A stretch of 64,000 nucleotides of DNA from Zancudomyces culisetae HAW-14-8. Lineage: Eukaryota; Fungi; Kickxellomycota. The position numbers were made by a program, and so were the translations under genes. Below, in pieces: positions 1-11,392 of this stretch. The notes beneath the pieces are model-generated. The model ran no database searches, was not told the DNA's origin, and saw nothing but the letters and a program-made list of their open reading frames with translations. Position 1 is the first letter of the stretch. The number at the start of each line of letters is the position of its first letter. The stretch is from the NCBI GenBank assembly GCA_052426225.1, contig JBNJNM010000010.1, positions 682,001 through 746,000 of the forward strand, in the 5' to 3' direction.

Positions 1-2341
1 TTGGAAATCCTCGTGTGAAATTTACAATTTGCATCGAGAAAATAACCAACTTAACCAAAAAAACAAAAAAACCACAACAAAAAACAAAAAAACGAAATTT
101 CACTCAAACGAAAACAACCCCGAGAAATAATTCGAGGAAGAAAAAGAAGCAAACGCTTATGCAGGGGAGATGAACAGAGAAATTAAAAACAGGATGGATG
201 TAGACAATGAGGGAAACATCAACCAAAACAAACACTCAAATGAGGAAATGGAAACGAATAGACTAACACAGGTCGAAGAGCAACCTCACAATTGCCCACC
301 TGACAAATATACAATTAACCTAAACACAGAAACTAAGAACTCCAATGCAGAAACCAAAATGGGTAACATCACAAACCCCACCAGCCCAAATGCCGATAAT
401 TACCAACCAGGAATGGAATCAGCGCCAACCTAGAACGACAAAGAGAAAGTCAACAACATATTTCAAAGCAACCCCAATTCGTTTTATACAATAGGGGTCC
501 CAACAATAGATATTCAAGGTAATTTAATCCATAAAAAATTTAAATAGTTTTTTTATTAAAGTTACATGTTTAAATAAATTTCAAATATCATAGAGGCCTC
601 CGCTCACCGAATAAAGCGAAGGAATTTTACATTATTTAAATAAGCTATCCAGGGCATATATTTTGACTCCAGAAAGTTTATTGTAATCTCAGACATAGCC
701 ATTTGGTCGAACTAATGGAGATATACATCCATTTGGTCATACCACACGGCAATATTAATCAAAAGTGACCATTTAACGGTTACAGAAAAATCATTTTTAT
801 GTCAGGAAGAATCCTGCATATAAAACTAAAAAATTTATTGGATAATACGGAGTATGAACTTATTAATTTATATTTTCCCTCAACTTCGATGAGGGAAAGA
901 AAAAACTTTATAACTTATTTTGAAAGTCAATTAGACCAATTAGGTCTGAACGAAAACATTATATTAACTGGGGATTTCAATATGTGTCGGAATAATTTGA
1001 CCGACAGATATCCCCCAAATTTTAGAAAAAATTAATGGGAAAACTTATTACCTATAATTTCCCAATTCAACTTAATTAATTTACACGATATTACTAACAT
1101 TGAAAATATCTACACTTGGGGAAGTACAAATGGCAAACAAAAATATAAAATTGACCATGTTTTAGTGTCTAATAACCTAATAAAAAATGTCAATACTTTT
1201 CGATTGATAATGCCCCATATTCTGACCATAAATCACATGCATTTAATTTATGTGAAAATCAATCAAAAAATGCTACAAAAATAACCTATTTGAGAATTGG
1301 AAATTTAATTCCAAATTTTAAATAATGATGTTTTCAAATTTGTTATGGAAACATTATATACATTTTCATTATGTGTAAGTCCATTAGAAAATTGGGCAAT
1401 ATTTAAATTAAATATCAAAGAGTATTCCATTTTGTTGAGAAAAAATTGTATACGAATCCCATTAATTTTTTAGTTAGTGAATTTAAGGTTAATAAATTGC
1501 AATTATTTCAAAAAACAAATTCGAATCAAAAAAAAATTTATCTTCAAAAATCTTTGCTCTAGACAATTAAATTAAATCTTAAATTGAAATTAAGTGACAA
1601 TGTATGGCAATTAGAACAAAAAAAAATTATTTTCTGGGACATGAAAAACCCAGCAAATACTTCTTTAATATACTAAAGTTGAAAGAGCGTATAAGATGAT
1701 TAATTCGCTAAGAGATGACAACGGTTCTTTAATTACAGAACACCATTTGTTAAAAAAAAATATATTTAATTTTTACAGTAATTTATTTGAATCTGGTCAA
1801 ACAGAAAAAATTTGCCAAAATTTTTTATTGAGCAAAATGAAAATCATTTGACCATGGAACAAAGAGAAGAAATGGATAATAAAATATCCAAAGAAGAGAT
1901 TGAAGAGGCAATTATGAACAGCCCAAGGGAAAAATCTCCAGTCCCTGATGGCCTAACTTTTGAATATTATAAAAAATATATTAATGAAACAACTAACATA
2001 CTATATGAAGTATTTAATAGTGACATGAATGGGTACAATGAATGGCTTGGGGGGTCCATCATAACAATGATTCCCAAACCAGGAGACCCATCTCTGATAA
2101 AAAATTATTGTCCAATTAGTCTGTCTAATTGCGACGAAAAGATACTAACAAGGATACTGGCAACACGTTTGCAAAGTTATATACGCTTGTTAGTAGAACC
2201 CAATCAAACAGGATTTATCAAAAAGCTTAGTATTTTTGATAACATCCATCTAACCAATACCTTATTGGAAATTGGAAATATGGATTCTGAAACCTATTAA
2301 GGATATTGAATTCTGCTGGATCAAGAACAAGCATATGACAG

Positions 2342-2460
2342 TGTCAGAAACGCATTATTTACCCATAAGTTTTAAATTAATTTTTAGTCATAATAATTAC
2401 CTTTGAATCTTAACTTGGAAACATTAAGTATCCCAACTTAAATAAATTAGTTTCCTGACA
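2342..2460 (+). mobile_element. Solo LTR (119 bp) of the short-LTR chromovirus family, inserted in the LINE RT
   Basis: TGTCAG...CTGACA ends; reverse complement of the LTRs at 6909 and 12370; 5-bp TSD GACAG/GATAG (1 mismatch) splitting the AYDR|V motif. Confidence 0.9.
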
Positions 2461-2743
2461 GATAGGGTCGATTGGGAATATATGTATAGATGTTTAAGAA
2501 CCTTCGGGATTGGCCTTAGGTTTTTACATTTTATTCAAAAAATCTACAATGGTGCTACGACCAGAGTAGTAGTATATAAGGATCTTACTGATCCAATAAA
2601 AATAAAAACGGCTTACGGCAAGGTGACCCATTATCACCATTGCAATATAATCTAGTAATAGAACCACTATTACTGGCCATATATGAAGAAATATCATGCG
2701 TTCATTTGCCTGGAGCAATTTTTAATGCAATAGCATATGCGGA

Positions 2744-3054
2744 TGTCACGATTGACACTAGGTACTATTGTTGCTTGAAAATATTTTATTTGGATAAGAT
2801 AATATTTTATCGCTAAGAATTTCAAAGCGATATAATATTACTTTATATATTCAATAAATATTACTAATAAAAACATGTACTAATATTATAATTAACTATT
2901 GTAAGATTAATGTTATAATTATAATTATGGTTTTGTGTTAGTATCATTACTTATGTAAATAATTAAAACAACAAAATGTTTCAATTAAAATGAGTGTTTT
3001 GAATCAGTATTGTAACAATACTAATTCAAATATTTTCATGTCATATTCATGACA
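2744..3054. mobile_element. Solo LTR (311 bp) inserted in the LINE YADD motif
   Basis: TGTCACGA...TCATGACA termini; exact 5-bp TSD GCGGA (2739-2743 and 3055-3059). Confidence 0.88.
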
Positions 3055-5408
3055 GCGGACGACATTGCTATTGGCATTAAAAATTGAGTTGACATTGAAA
3101 AATTAAATGATTTACTCAATAAGTACTACAATGCTGCAAATGCTCGCATTAATATTGATAATTCAGTTTTAATTACAGTGGATAATCCACAACAGTAACT
3201 CCAAATTTCATTAATCGCCGAAAATATAAATTTCAATTACCTTGGTGTATGGTTCAATTCGAAAGGAGTGGACATAAAATACACCCATGGTATCCTCCTA
3301 AGAAATTAGAATTAAAAATTAATTTTATGATACTTAGAAATCTCTCTTTGAAAAGCAAGGTGCAGCTAACTAATATTTTTTTTATTCAAAAATTTATTTT
3401 GCAGCCCATATTGTACCATTTGACAAATCATTTTTGAAAATGGTGAAAAAAAAATTCTTCAATTTATCTGAGATGTAAATAATCCAAGATAAAATTAGAA
3501 ACACTTGAACTCCCAAAAAAACTGGGTGGTTTAGGGCTGATTGATATTCAAGCTCAAGTAAATTTAATTTTTCCAAAAATGATATCAACTTTACTATGTG
3601 AACACAAAAAAAAATTTGGTATTTACCAGCCAATTATTTGCTTAACTTCACTTAAACAAATTCAACACTGACCTTGGTCAATTTGAGGTATCTGAACTAT
3701 TTTGGGACAACAACAGGATAAATAATAAAAATTCATGGAACCATCAGTTAAAAAAATTATTGAGGTTTGGAACATCTTGAGCTCAATTGGTAATAATAAT
3801 GTTACTGAATGAACAAAAAATGATAATTTGAATCTCAGCGTATCCTATTCGGATAAAGCACGGGGAATTAAACTAACCAACAATCAAATTAGAATTCTAA
3901 AAATCAAAGGAATATCTAATTTGGAAATATATTTACAATCAATAAATATTTAAAAATCAACTCAAAGTGGAATTATAGTCACTTAAACAATACTAGAAGA
4001 CAATACAGATATTACAATAGATAATAAAATGATTTACTAATGGATTAGAAATAAAAATAAAATCGATGATAAAAAATTCCTACTAGGTGTAGTCCGTTTT
4101 GGAAAATGCCCTCTAGGTAATTTTTATTGGAGCAATACACAAAATAATTTACTTCAACAAACTAGGAACACACAAAAAAGTTGATCCTAACTGCAAATCG
4201 GTAAAAATTAGTAACGGTAAAAATTTTGCTAATTTTAGCTGGAAGCTACTAACCAAATTAAATGTGGAGGAAAAAATCAAAAGTCACATATAATTAATTC
4301 TTCATGGCGCAATAATCAATGGTTCAGTGGCATCGAAATGGTTTGGAAATCGAACAGAGGACTCAATTTGCAAAATTTTTAATAATAATACAACTCAGGA
4401 TATTAATTATGACCACTTCGACTGTTGTTGGATAACAATTAATGGAAGCTATTCGTTCATTTTTAATAGATAAATATAATGTTTTTTAAATAATTATAGA
4501 TCTAATCTTTAATTCTACCAATATTAAATTATATATCTATCAAATATTAAACACCACGTAAAAGTTTGTAATTCATAAAATTCAGTATTTGTATACTTTA
4601 ATGAGAGGATATAGCAGAATTGTAAATAATTTAATTATACTTCAACAGCTTAGAAAAGATTCTACACATTTACAATAGAGTTATTCATAATGGAAATTCA
4701 GAACAAAAAAATTCCAATTATAGTTTTTAAGTTTAAAACATTAAACGAGGATAGATCTATCAATAATTTATACTATCACAAATATATTTTCTTGAATATG
4801 TATTGTCATTAGTTATAATATAAAATTATATCGTCAAGGCTAACCAATCAAAAAATTAAACTTTAATGTTAATTAATAACTTTAAATTTTTTGACGCTCA
4901 AATATTTTAAAGAATATTTTAAAACTATATTTAGAATATTTGTATCATTTCATACTGGTTAAATATAAAATTTACATATGGTATAATAAAACTTCAAATT
5001 AAATTTAATATTAAATGCCACTACTAATGTTAACTGATTTTTAAATGCATTCCTAGTAATTTTTTAATACTGTTTTATCCTAATATGTCTTATTGTATAT
5101 TTTATTTACAATTTTGTTTACAATTTAATATCAATGATGTTATATTTATAATTATTTTAAATATATATATATATTTGATGACAACTAGAAAATAAAAATA
5201 ATATTTTACCTACTGGTTAGTTTTTTTTAATATCAAATGATTATTTATATTAATATGTAGTTCTTACATGTTAATAATTTGAGTTAAGGATTAATTAGAA
5301 TTTAATTTCTGTTAAAAGAAAGATGAGTTACTTTAGAAATTTAGTGTGAGCAAACTAATTAAAAATAATTTACTCATTTCAACATGTACAAACAAAATAA
5401 TATATAGA

Positions 5409-5653
5409 TGTAAAATTGTGATAGATAGTAATATTAATAATTTAGTAAATTGCAGTAAAATCCATTACATTACCAGGAAATATTACTATTTCAGTATTAG
5501 TGTATATTAAATAACATTTCTAGAATGTTTCGGAATAATCAGTTATCATCCACAGCAATGATTTAGAATTATGGATACATTCTAGAACATTTCAGAAATT
5601 CCTTATCAATTTTTATAAATAATACAAAGTTGTATAGAGGTTAAATTTTTACA
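5409..5653. mobile_element. Putative solo LTR remnant with HSE-like motifs
   Basis: TGTAAAA...TTTTACA termini and TTCTAGAA motifs like those in other LTRs here; no TSD found. Confidence 0.45.
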
Positions 5654-5919
5654 ATCATCGATGAATATAGTATTATAATTACATTGAATTAGATTAGAAA
5701 GAAATAGTTTTTTCTATAGTTATTATGTGTATTTACTGTACATATTCTTATGGTTATGGCCTGGAATCAGCAACGGAAAAAAATAATAATTTCATAGCCA
5801 ATCAGATGACATCTAACAATCGATGACATTTATTCTAATATTTACTTGGTATTATTATTATTATTAGCCTGGAGGAATATTTTAAGAGTTAAAACCTGTT
5901 GGATTAATAAAAATCTTTA

Positions 5920-6194
5920 CTTGACACTGGCTGTAATTTGGGCGATGAAATAATTTAAAAATTTGTTCATGGAAAGCAATATATTTTAAGTACAGATCAT
6001 AATTCACTAAAACAAATATTTAACAGTGCAGATATAACAAGAATATAGCGAGATGGGCAATGTTGCTCCGAAATTACGACTACATAATTGAGCAATGCCA
6101 GGTAAACTAAACCCTGCTGATTGTTTAAGTCGGCTAGCAGAAGAGCAAAGTGAGATCGAAATTAGAAAGATACCAGTACAAGATGTTATGACTA
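5920..6194 (+). pseudogene. Degenerate Ty3/Gypsy RNase H fragment, same lineage as the tRNA-adjacent elements
   Basis: With frameshifts it reads LAVIWA..STDHNSLKQIFNSADIT..IARWAMLLRNYDYIIE..PGKLNPADCLSR, matching the RNase H of the elements at 24-47 kb. Confidence 0.8.
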
Positions 6195-6496
6195 TGTCAA
6201 GGTCTGGACTTGGATAAAATAGATTTATTAGTAAACTAGACTATAAGTGAATAAACTAAACGAAACTAAACTCGTTTTAAAACTTATCGTTCCATCATGA
6301 TAATCGTATAGCTTATATACTTTTCATGATGGGACGATAATTTTAAAATTATACTAATTTAAAACATAACTAAAACATAACTAAAACATTTAAATTAATA
6401 ATGTGGAGGTCGGTAAATGTTATGGTTATAATTGATAAATTATATGAAACATTGTCCTGTGGATACAAAGGTTTCATATAATTTAAAACCATAACA
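6195..6496. mobile_element. Solo LTR (~302 bp, hairpin-rich family)
   Basis: TGTCA...TAACA ends; near-identical inverted copy at 19125-19425 and partial copy at 16045-16204; flanks do not match. Confidence 0.85.
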
Positions 6497-6662
6497 AATA
6501 GTATTAATTTATATTATAAATTGTCTAGTTTTGAAATAATAAATAATTGGCTTTTTCTCCCAAAATATTATTGCTATAATATATAATTATAAAAGTCCTG
6601 TCGTGCATAATACTAAGTAATTATATTACTCGTTAGGACTTTAAACATGTAACTATTCAACA
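6497..6662. mobile_element. Truncated LTR of the same family as solo LTR 21846-22068
   Basis: Aligns by eye with 21901-22068 (aatagtatta...tctagttttgaa...ttctccc...taattatattactc...aggac.ttaaa.atgtaa..caaca). Confidence 0.8.
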
Positions 6663-6665
6663 TTC

Positions 6666-6908
6666 TGTCGTATAAAATATTATACGTTATAGATTTCTCA
6701 TCTATTTTAATTAATAGTATTATTTTATTGGATATTTAATTAATAGTTTTTGTAGTTCTTTTGTAGTATTTAAATCAATGAAATTTTTCGTTAATTATAT
6801 TTGTCGGCTCTTGAATATAAAAATAGTAATATAAATATTTATAAATAGTAACTATTAATGGCCAGTCTCGTGTAATGCTTGGAAGCTAACTGGTTTCAAG
6901 TAAGACGT
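6666..6908. mobile_element. LTR remnant 3 bp after the previous LTR, cut off by the chromovirus
   Basis: Starts TGTCGTATAAAAT, as does solo LTR 22860. Confidence 0.55.
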
Positions 6909-7085
6909 TGTCAGGAAACAATTTATTTAAGTAGGGAAACTTAATGTAACCAAGTTAGGATTCAAAGGTAATTTAATATGATTAAAAATAAATATTAAAA
7001 CTTATGGGTAAATAATGCGATTCTGAACTTATCCCCCCTTCAAAGAATATTTTAAATATATAAATATAATATCTTGGACAAAAAT

Positions 7086-7352
7086 GTGAGTTATAGTCGA
7101 GTGGCTAAGGCGTCGAACTTGTATTCTGCAGGACCCTGGTTTGATCCTTCGCTGTAAGACCGTAATTGGGAAGTAATTAGCTGTAGAGTGGATGTGATGT
7201 TTCACGGGGCCAATGTGCGCGATAACGTCCTTCGGGACTAGTACCGGACCGTTTCACCTCTCCGATAACTCCTTCGGGATCTCGAGCAGTTAATTCGAAT
7301 CACGTGATTGTGTGGCCCAAGACGTTAGCGCCCTCCTAAGTTCATTCTTTTT
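7086..7352 (+). ncRNA. tRNA-headed, structured Pol III-type unit (SINE-like) lying antisense in the chromovirus 3' UTR
   Basis: A box TAGTCGAGTGG (7094-7104) followed by CTAAGGCG; B-box-like GGTTTGATCC (7138-7147); GC-rich body with two cUUCGg hairpins; T-run after 7346. Confidence 0.6.
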
Positions 7353-7468
7353 TATTTTTTCTTTTATAATTTTTTATGCTTTTTAGTTGTTTTTAGGTTG
7401 TTTTTATAGTTTTTTTTGATAAGTATTTAGGTATAATATTGGTTAAAAAATAAAATATAATGTTGCTC

Positions 7469-8657
7469 TTATGGTTTGTTGTGATATGTCTTATAGTATT
7501 TTTTCAATAGTTGAGGCGCGTTTATGTTTTCAATCGGCTCCCAGCTTCTTTCACTTATGTCAAAGCCTTTCCAATCAACCAAGTAATATTTTTTACCCCT
7601 AACAAGCTTAGAATCAAAATAGCCTTAACTTCATATTCTTTATTTCCATTTATAATTAGAGGTGGAGGAGGACGTTTATTAATCTGCGGTTACTGATGGG
7701 TTCAATATACGGTTCCAATAACGAGACATGAAAAGTGTTATGGATTTTCATTGATGGCGGGATGTCTAAACGGACAGAAACAGGATTGATGATTTTTGAA
7801 ATAGTGAATGGGCCTAGAAGTCTATGGTCAAGCTTTTTAGAAGGCCTTTGAGTTTTGATATTTTGGCTGGATAGCCAAACCTTGTCACCTAGTTTATACT
7901 TTGGATGTTCAGATCGGTTTACATCAGCATACTTTTTATATTCCTGAGATTTCTTGTTAAGTATGGAAGTGAGGGCTGATTGAAGTTCTTTAAGTTGTTT
8001 TATCCTATCTGAAGCACTGGGGACGTGAACGTTTTTAATGATCTGAGGATCAAAATTTGGATGGTAACCATATAGAGCAAAGAAAGGAGAAGTATTAGTG
8101 CTGGAGTGGAGAGTGTTGTTATAAGCAAATTCGGCAATTGGGAGTAGTTCAAACCAATTATCTTGCTGATAGTTGATGAAACAGCGTAGATACTGTTCCA
8201 ATGTTTGATTCACCCGCTCCGTTTGACCGTCTGTCTCTGGATGGAAGGCTGTAGACATTCTAGTATCAACTTTGAGCAGTTTGAATAGTGAACTCCAAAA
8301 TTTGGACGAGAATTGGGTTCCACGGTCTGAGATTATGACGTCTGGAAGTTCATGAAGCTTGAATACATGTGTGAAAAAGGCGGAGGCAGTTTCATCTGAG
8401 GATGGCAGCTTCTTAAGCGGGATGAAATGGCTCATTTTAGTGAACCTGTCTACCACTACCATAATAGTAGTGTGCTTGTTGGATGGAGGAAGATCAGTTA
8501 TGAAATCCATGGTGATAGATTTCCATGGGCCTGAGGGAGCGGGTAGCGGAAGTAGCTTACCGTAAACTTTGTGTCTTCTGTCCTTTGATCTATTGCATGT
8601 ATCACAGGTTTAAACAAACTCTTTAATAAATTTGCGCATTCCTGGAAACCAAAAGTC
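7469..8657 (-). pseudogene. Integrase with GPY/F motif and C-terminal chromodomain (frameshifted)
   Basis: ORF 7656-8510 has MDFITDLP..VVVDRFTKM..ISDRGTQF..HPETDGQTER..GPF. Downstream frames give EYEVKAIL/DSK..YYLVDWKGFDISERSWEPIENI. Confidence 0.9.
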
Positions 8658-11291
8658 TCATTCCACGAGCTCCAATGTCTTCTTAGCACCAAAATGGCCG
8701 GCTGGGCCACTGTCATGTCTAGAACTTACAACTTGCGGCTTCATTTTGTCGGGGACGACAACACGGTTTCCAAGCATTACAATCCCATCTTCAACTTCTA
8801 CTGGCTCGTTAGACTTATGGCTGCTCTGGTATCTTGCGGCATCCAATAATCCTTCTAGATGGGCTTTGCTGGATTTGGCGATTTCTTGAGCAAAATCACT
8901 GTCCACTATGCTGATAATGTCTATGAAGTGGTCTTCACCTATGATGTTGTTGTTGGCGACCTTATCAGGTGTGTGATTGGGCAAACGAGAAAGAGCGTCA
9001 GGTTTGCCTCCTTGAGATCCAGGCCTGTAGGTTATGATGAAGCTGAATCTACTGAGATCAAGAGACCACCTTGCGTGTCTTCTGTTGAGTGACTTCAGAT
9101 TTTTAAAGGTCTCCAGATTCTTATGGTCAGTAAGAATCTTGAACGGGATGGAGGAGCCTTCCAGATGATGTCGCCATTCTTTGAGAGCCTTGATGATTGC
9201 CAAAAGTTCCTTGTCATAGATATTATAGTTGGATTCGGCAGTGTTGAGTTTGTAAGAGTAGTAGGCACAAGGACGGAGATCACCGTTTTCATCTTCTTGG
9301 GACAGAGCAGCCCCAATGGCGTAGTCTGAGGCGTCAGTTTCCAGAATAAACTGTTTTCCTGGGTCAGGGTATCTGAGGACGGGGGAAGTGGTGAGATCCT
9401 GGATAAGAGTATTAAAGGCTTCACCTGCCTCCTTACTCCAAACGAACGGTGTATCCTTTTTCAGAAGTCTTGTGATTGGCAGGGCTTTCAGCGAGAAGTA
9501 TGGGATAAACTTTCGGTAGTAATTGGCAAAACCGAGAAACTTCTGGACCTCCTTGACATTGGTGGGTGGTAGCGATTCCTTTACACACTTGACTTTAGCA
9601 GGATCGGTGGCTATTCCATCTGAAGACACAACATGGCCTAGAAATTCAACTTCCCTGATATGGAAGTGACATTTTTCGGCGTTACAGTACAGACCATTTT
9701 CAAGCAGCTTTTTCAGAACAGATTTCACATGAGTGATGTGAGTGTCAGTGTCATTGGAAAATATCAAGATGTCGTCAAGGTATGCAAATGCATAGAGATC
9801 CAATACATCTCGTAACACATCATTGATAAAGTGCTGAAAGGTGGCAGGAGCATTTGTCAAGCCAAATGGCATGACCTGGTACTCAAAGTGGCCATATCTG
9901 CACCTAAATGCAGTTTTCCACTCGTCACCTTCCTTGATCCGCACCAAGTTGTAGGCACCTTTGAGATCCAATTTTGTAAAGACCTTGGCTGTACGCAGCC
10001 GATCGAACGCCTCATCAATCCTAGGTAATGGGTACCTATTCTTGATGGTAGCTTCGTTCAATCGGCGGTAGTCAACACAAAGGCGCAAGTCACCAGACTT
10101 CTTCTTTACAAACATGATTGGTGCACCAGCAGGGGAGACAGAGCGTCTGATGAAGCCATTGGTGAGGTTTTCACGAATGTAACCTCTTAGAGACTCTAAC
10201 TCTACTTCAGATAGCGGGTATATTGGCCCCCAGTATGGGGTGTAACCCTCTTTGGTGTTGACAGGACAGTCATAACGGCGGTGAGGAGGAAGTGAAACGG
10301 CAGACTTGGGATTGAACACTTCCTTGAATTCAGAGTATATTACTGGAAGTTGCGGGAATTCTTCCAAGTACTCTAGTGGGGACTCAGAAACGGCAAAAGT
10401 TACAGGATCTGGATCCAAGGAATATTCTGGCTCGGGGGTGGTGACTGGGGTATTTTTATGAAATGGCCGGGATCTGACGACTGGTTCTCTTGGCTCAATT
10501 TTCTTCAGGATTGCTTTGGGAAGTTCAGGTCTGAGTGGTACTTTTGGCACAGGGGTTACTGGACGACGGGGCTCAGGAATTTGCTTAACATGGTTATTTA
10601 CTGGATTCTCAATAGCTGCGGGTTTGGGCAAACTTTGGGTTTCAGGTTCTGGAGTGACTGATTGGACTGGTGCAGGAACAGGAACAGGAAGAATCTCTTC
10701 AATTCTGGCGTATGGATTTGACGGAGCTGGGCTGGGGAGATCAGGAGACGGAGGCGGTGAAAATCTTTGATTTTCAGTGTTTGAATCGTCCAACTTGACC
10801 GATTCGAGCAACTTGGCACTGTGTGGAAGCAGGGTAGTTGATAATCTATTCAACACCCTTTGGAGGATAGTTGAGTTTGTGGACGTATTCTGACTGGTAT
10901 TTTGTTCTACTGGATCTGGATCTGGTTCATCAGGTGACTTGAACACGGCCTGGATGGAGTGGGTATCAACACAATTTGTACTGCAAAAGTCAGAGTCGAA
11001 GTGGATCTGGAGGTCTGGCCAAGTTATACTAGGATTGTGTTTGCGTAACCAGGGTAATCCAAAAATAATATCAGCGTGATTGGTTGGAATCGGGATAAGG
11101 TCTAGGTGTTCAGAGTGGTTAGGACCGGACTTGATATGGGCATTATCAACCTTGACATTTATGCCCCCTGGGTATATCTGGTGACCATCAACACTTTCTA
11201 GGACGATGGTTTTTTCAGCTTCTTTGGTTGGGAGGTTTAGTTTTTCTAATAAATCTTGACGAATAAAGTTGGCTGAAGCACCGGAGTCCAC
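8658..11291 (-). CDS. pol: Chromovirus pol (protease, RT, RNase H) ending at a premature TGA
   Basis: LVDSGASANF protease; LRLCVDYRRLN and YLDDILI RT; LETDASDYAIGA and DKELLAI RNase H. Confidence 0.93.
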   Translation of the reverse strand: MDSGASANFIRQDLLEKLNLPTKEAEKTIVLESVDGHQIYPGGINVKVDNAHIKSGPNHSEHLDLIPIPTNHADIIFGLPWLRKHNPSITWPDLQIHFDSDFCSTNCVDTHSIQAVFKSPDEPDPDPVEQNTSQNTSTNSTILQRVLNRLSTTLLPHSAKLLESVKLDDSNTENQRFSPPPSPDLPSPAPSNPYARIEEILPVPVPAPVQSVTPEPETQSLPKPAAIENPVNNHVKQIPEPRRPVTPVPKVPLRPELPKAILKKIEPREPVVRSRPFHKNTPVTTPEPEYSLDPDPVTFAVSESPLEYLEEFPQLPVIYSEFKEVFNPKSAVSLPPHRRYDCPVNTKEGYTPYWGPIYPLSEVELESLRGYIRENLTNGFIRRSVSPAGAPIMFVKKKSGDLRLCVDYRRLNEATIKNRYPLPRIDEAFDRLRTAKVFTKLDLKGAYNLVRIKEGDEWKTAFRCRYGHFEYQVMPFGLTNAPATFQHFINDVLRDVLDLYAFAYLDDILIFSNDTDTHITHVKSVLKKLLENGLYCNAEKCHFHIREVEFLGHVVSSDGIATDPAKVKCVKESLPPTNVKEVQKFLGFANYYRKFIPYFSLKALPITRLLKKDTPFVWSKEAGEAFNTLIQDLTTSPVLRYPDPGKQFILETDASDYAIGAALSQEDENGDLRPCAYYSYKLNTAESNYNIYDKELLAIIKALKEWRHHLEGSSIPFKILTDHKNLETFKNLKSLNRRHARWSLDLSRFSFIITYRPGSQGGKPDALSRLPNHTPDKVANNNIIGEDHFIDIISIVDSDFAQEIAKSSKAHLEGLLDAARYQSSHKSNEPVEVEDGIVMLGNRVVVPDKMKPQVVSSRHDSGPAGHFGAKKTLELVE

Positions 11292-11392
11292 TAATGCAAC
11301 AAGTTCGTATAGATTATTTAAAACAACTTTAATATGAAATTTATTACTAGAAATATTAGAATTATTAGCTACGCTCAGGAGTAACTCCCGGA

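Larger units (their letters stand above)
170..4450 (+). mobile_element. Decayed non-LTR retrotransposon (LINE, L1/Tx1-like clade): ORF1 tail, APE endonuclease, RT, C-terminal Zn-finger remnant; many stops and frameshifts; boundaries approximate
   Basis: APE motifs INLYFP..IILTGDFN (799-1035) and IDHVLVS (~1150). RT motifs KSPVPDGL and NYCPISLSNCDEKILTRILATRLQ (1812-2300), DQEQAYDR|VDWEY, GLRQGDPLSPL (~2609), AYAD|D, YLGV (~3238). Confidence 0.9.

Noticed and set aside
2739-3059. Deliberate targeting of LINE RT catalytic motifs (two solo LTRs hit AYDR and YADD)
   Set aside because: Only two events, and insertions in conserved motifs are the easiest to notice; chance is sufficient.
7200-7345. 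HDV-like or hammerhead ribozyme, SRP or RNase MRP RNA, or a functional tRNA
   Set aside because: Catalytic and conserved cores were not found on either strand, and the tRNA-like head lacks proper acceptor and T stems.
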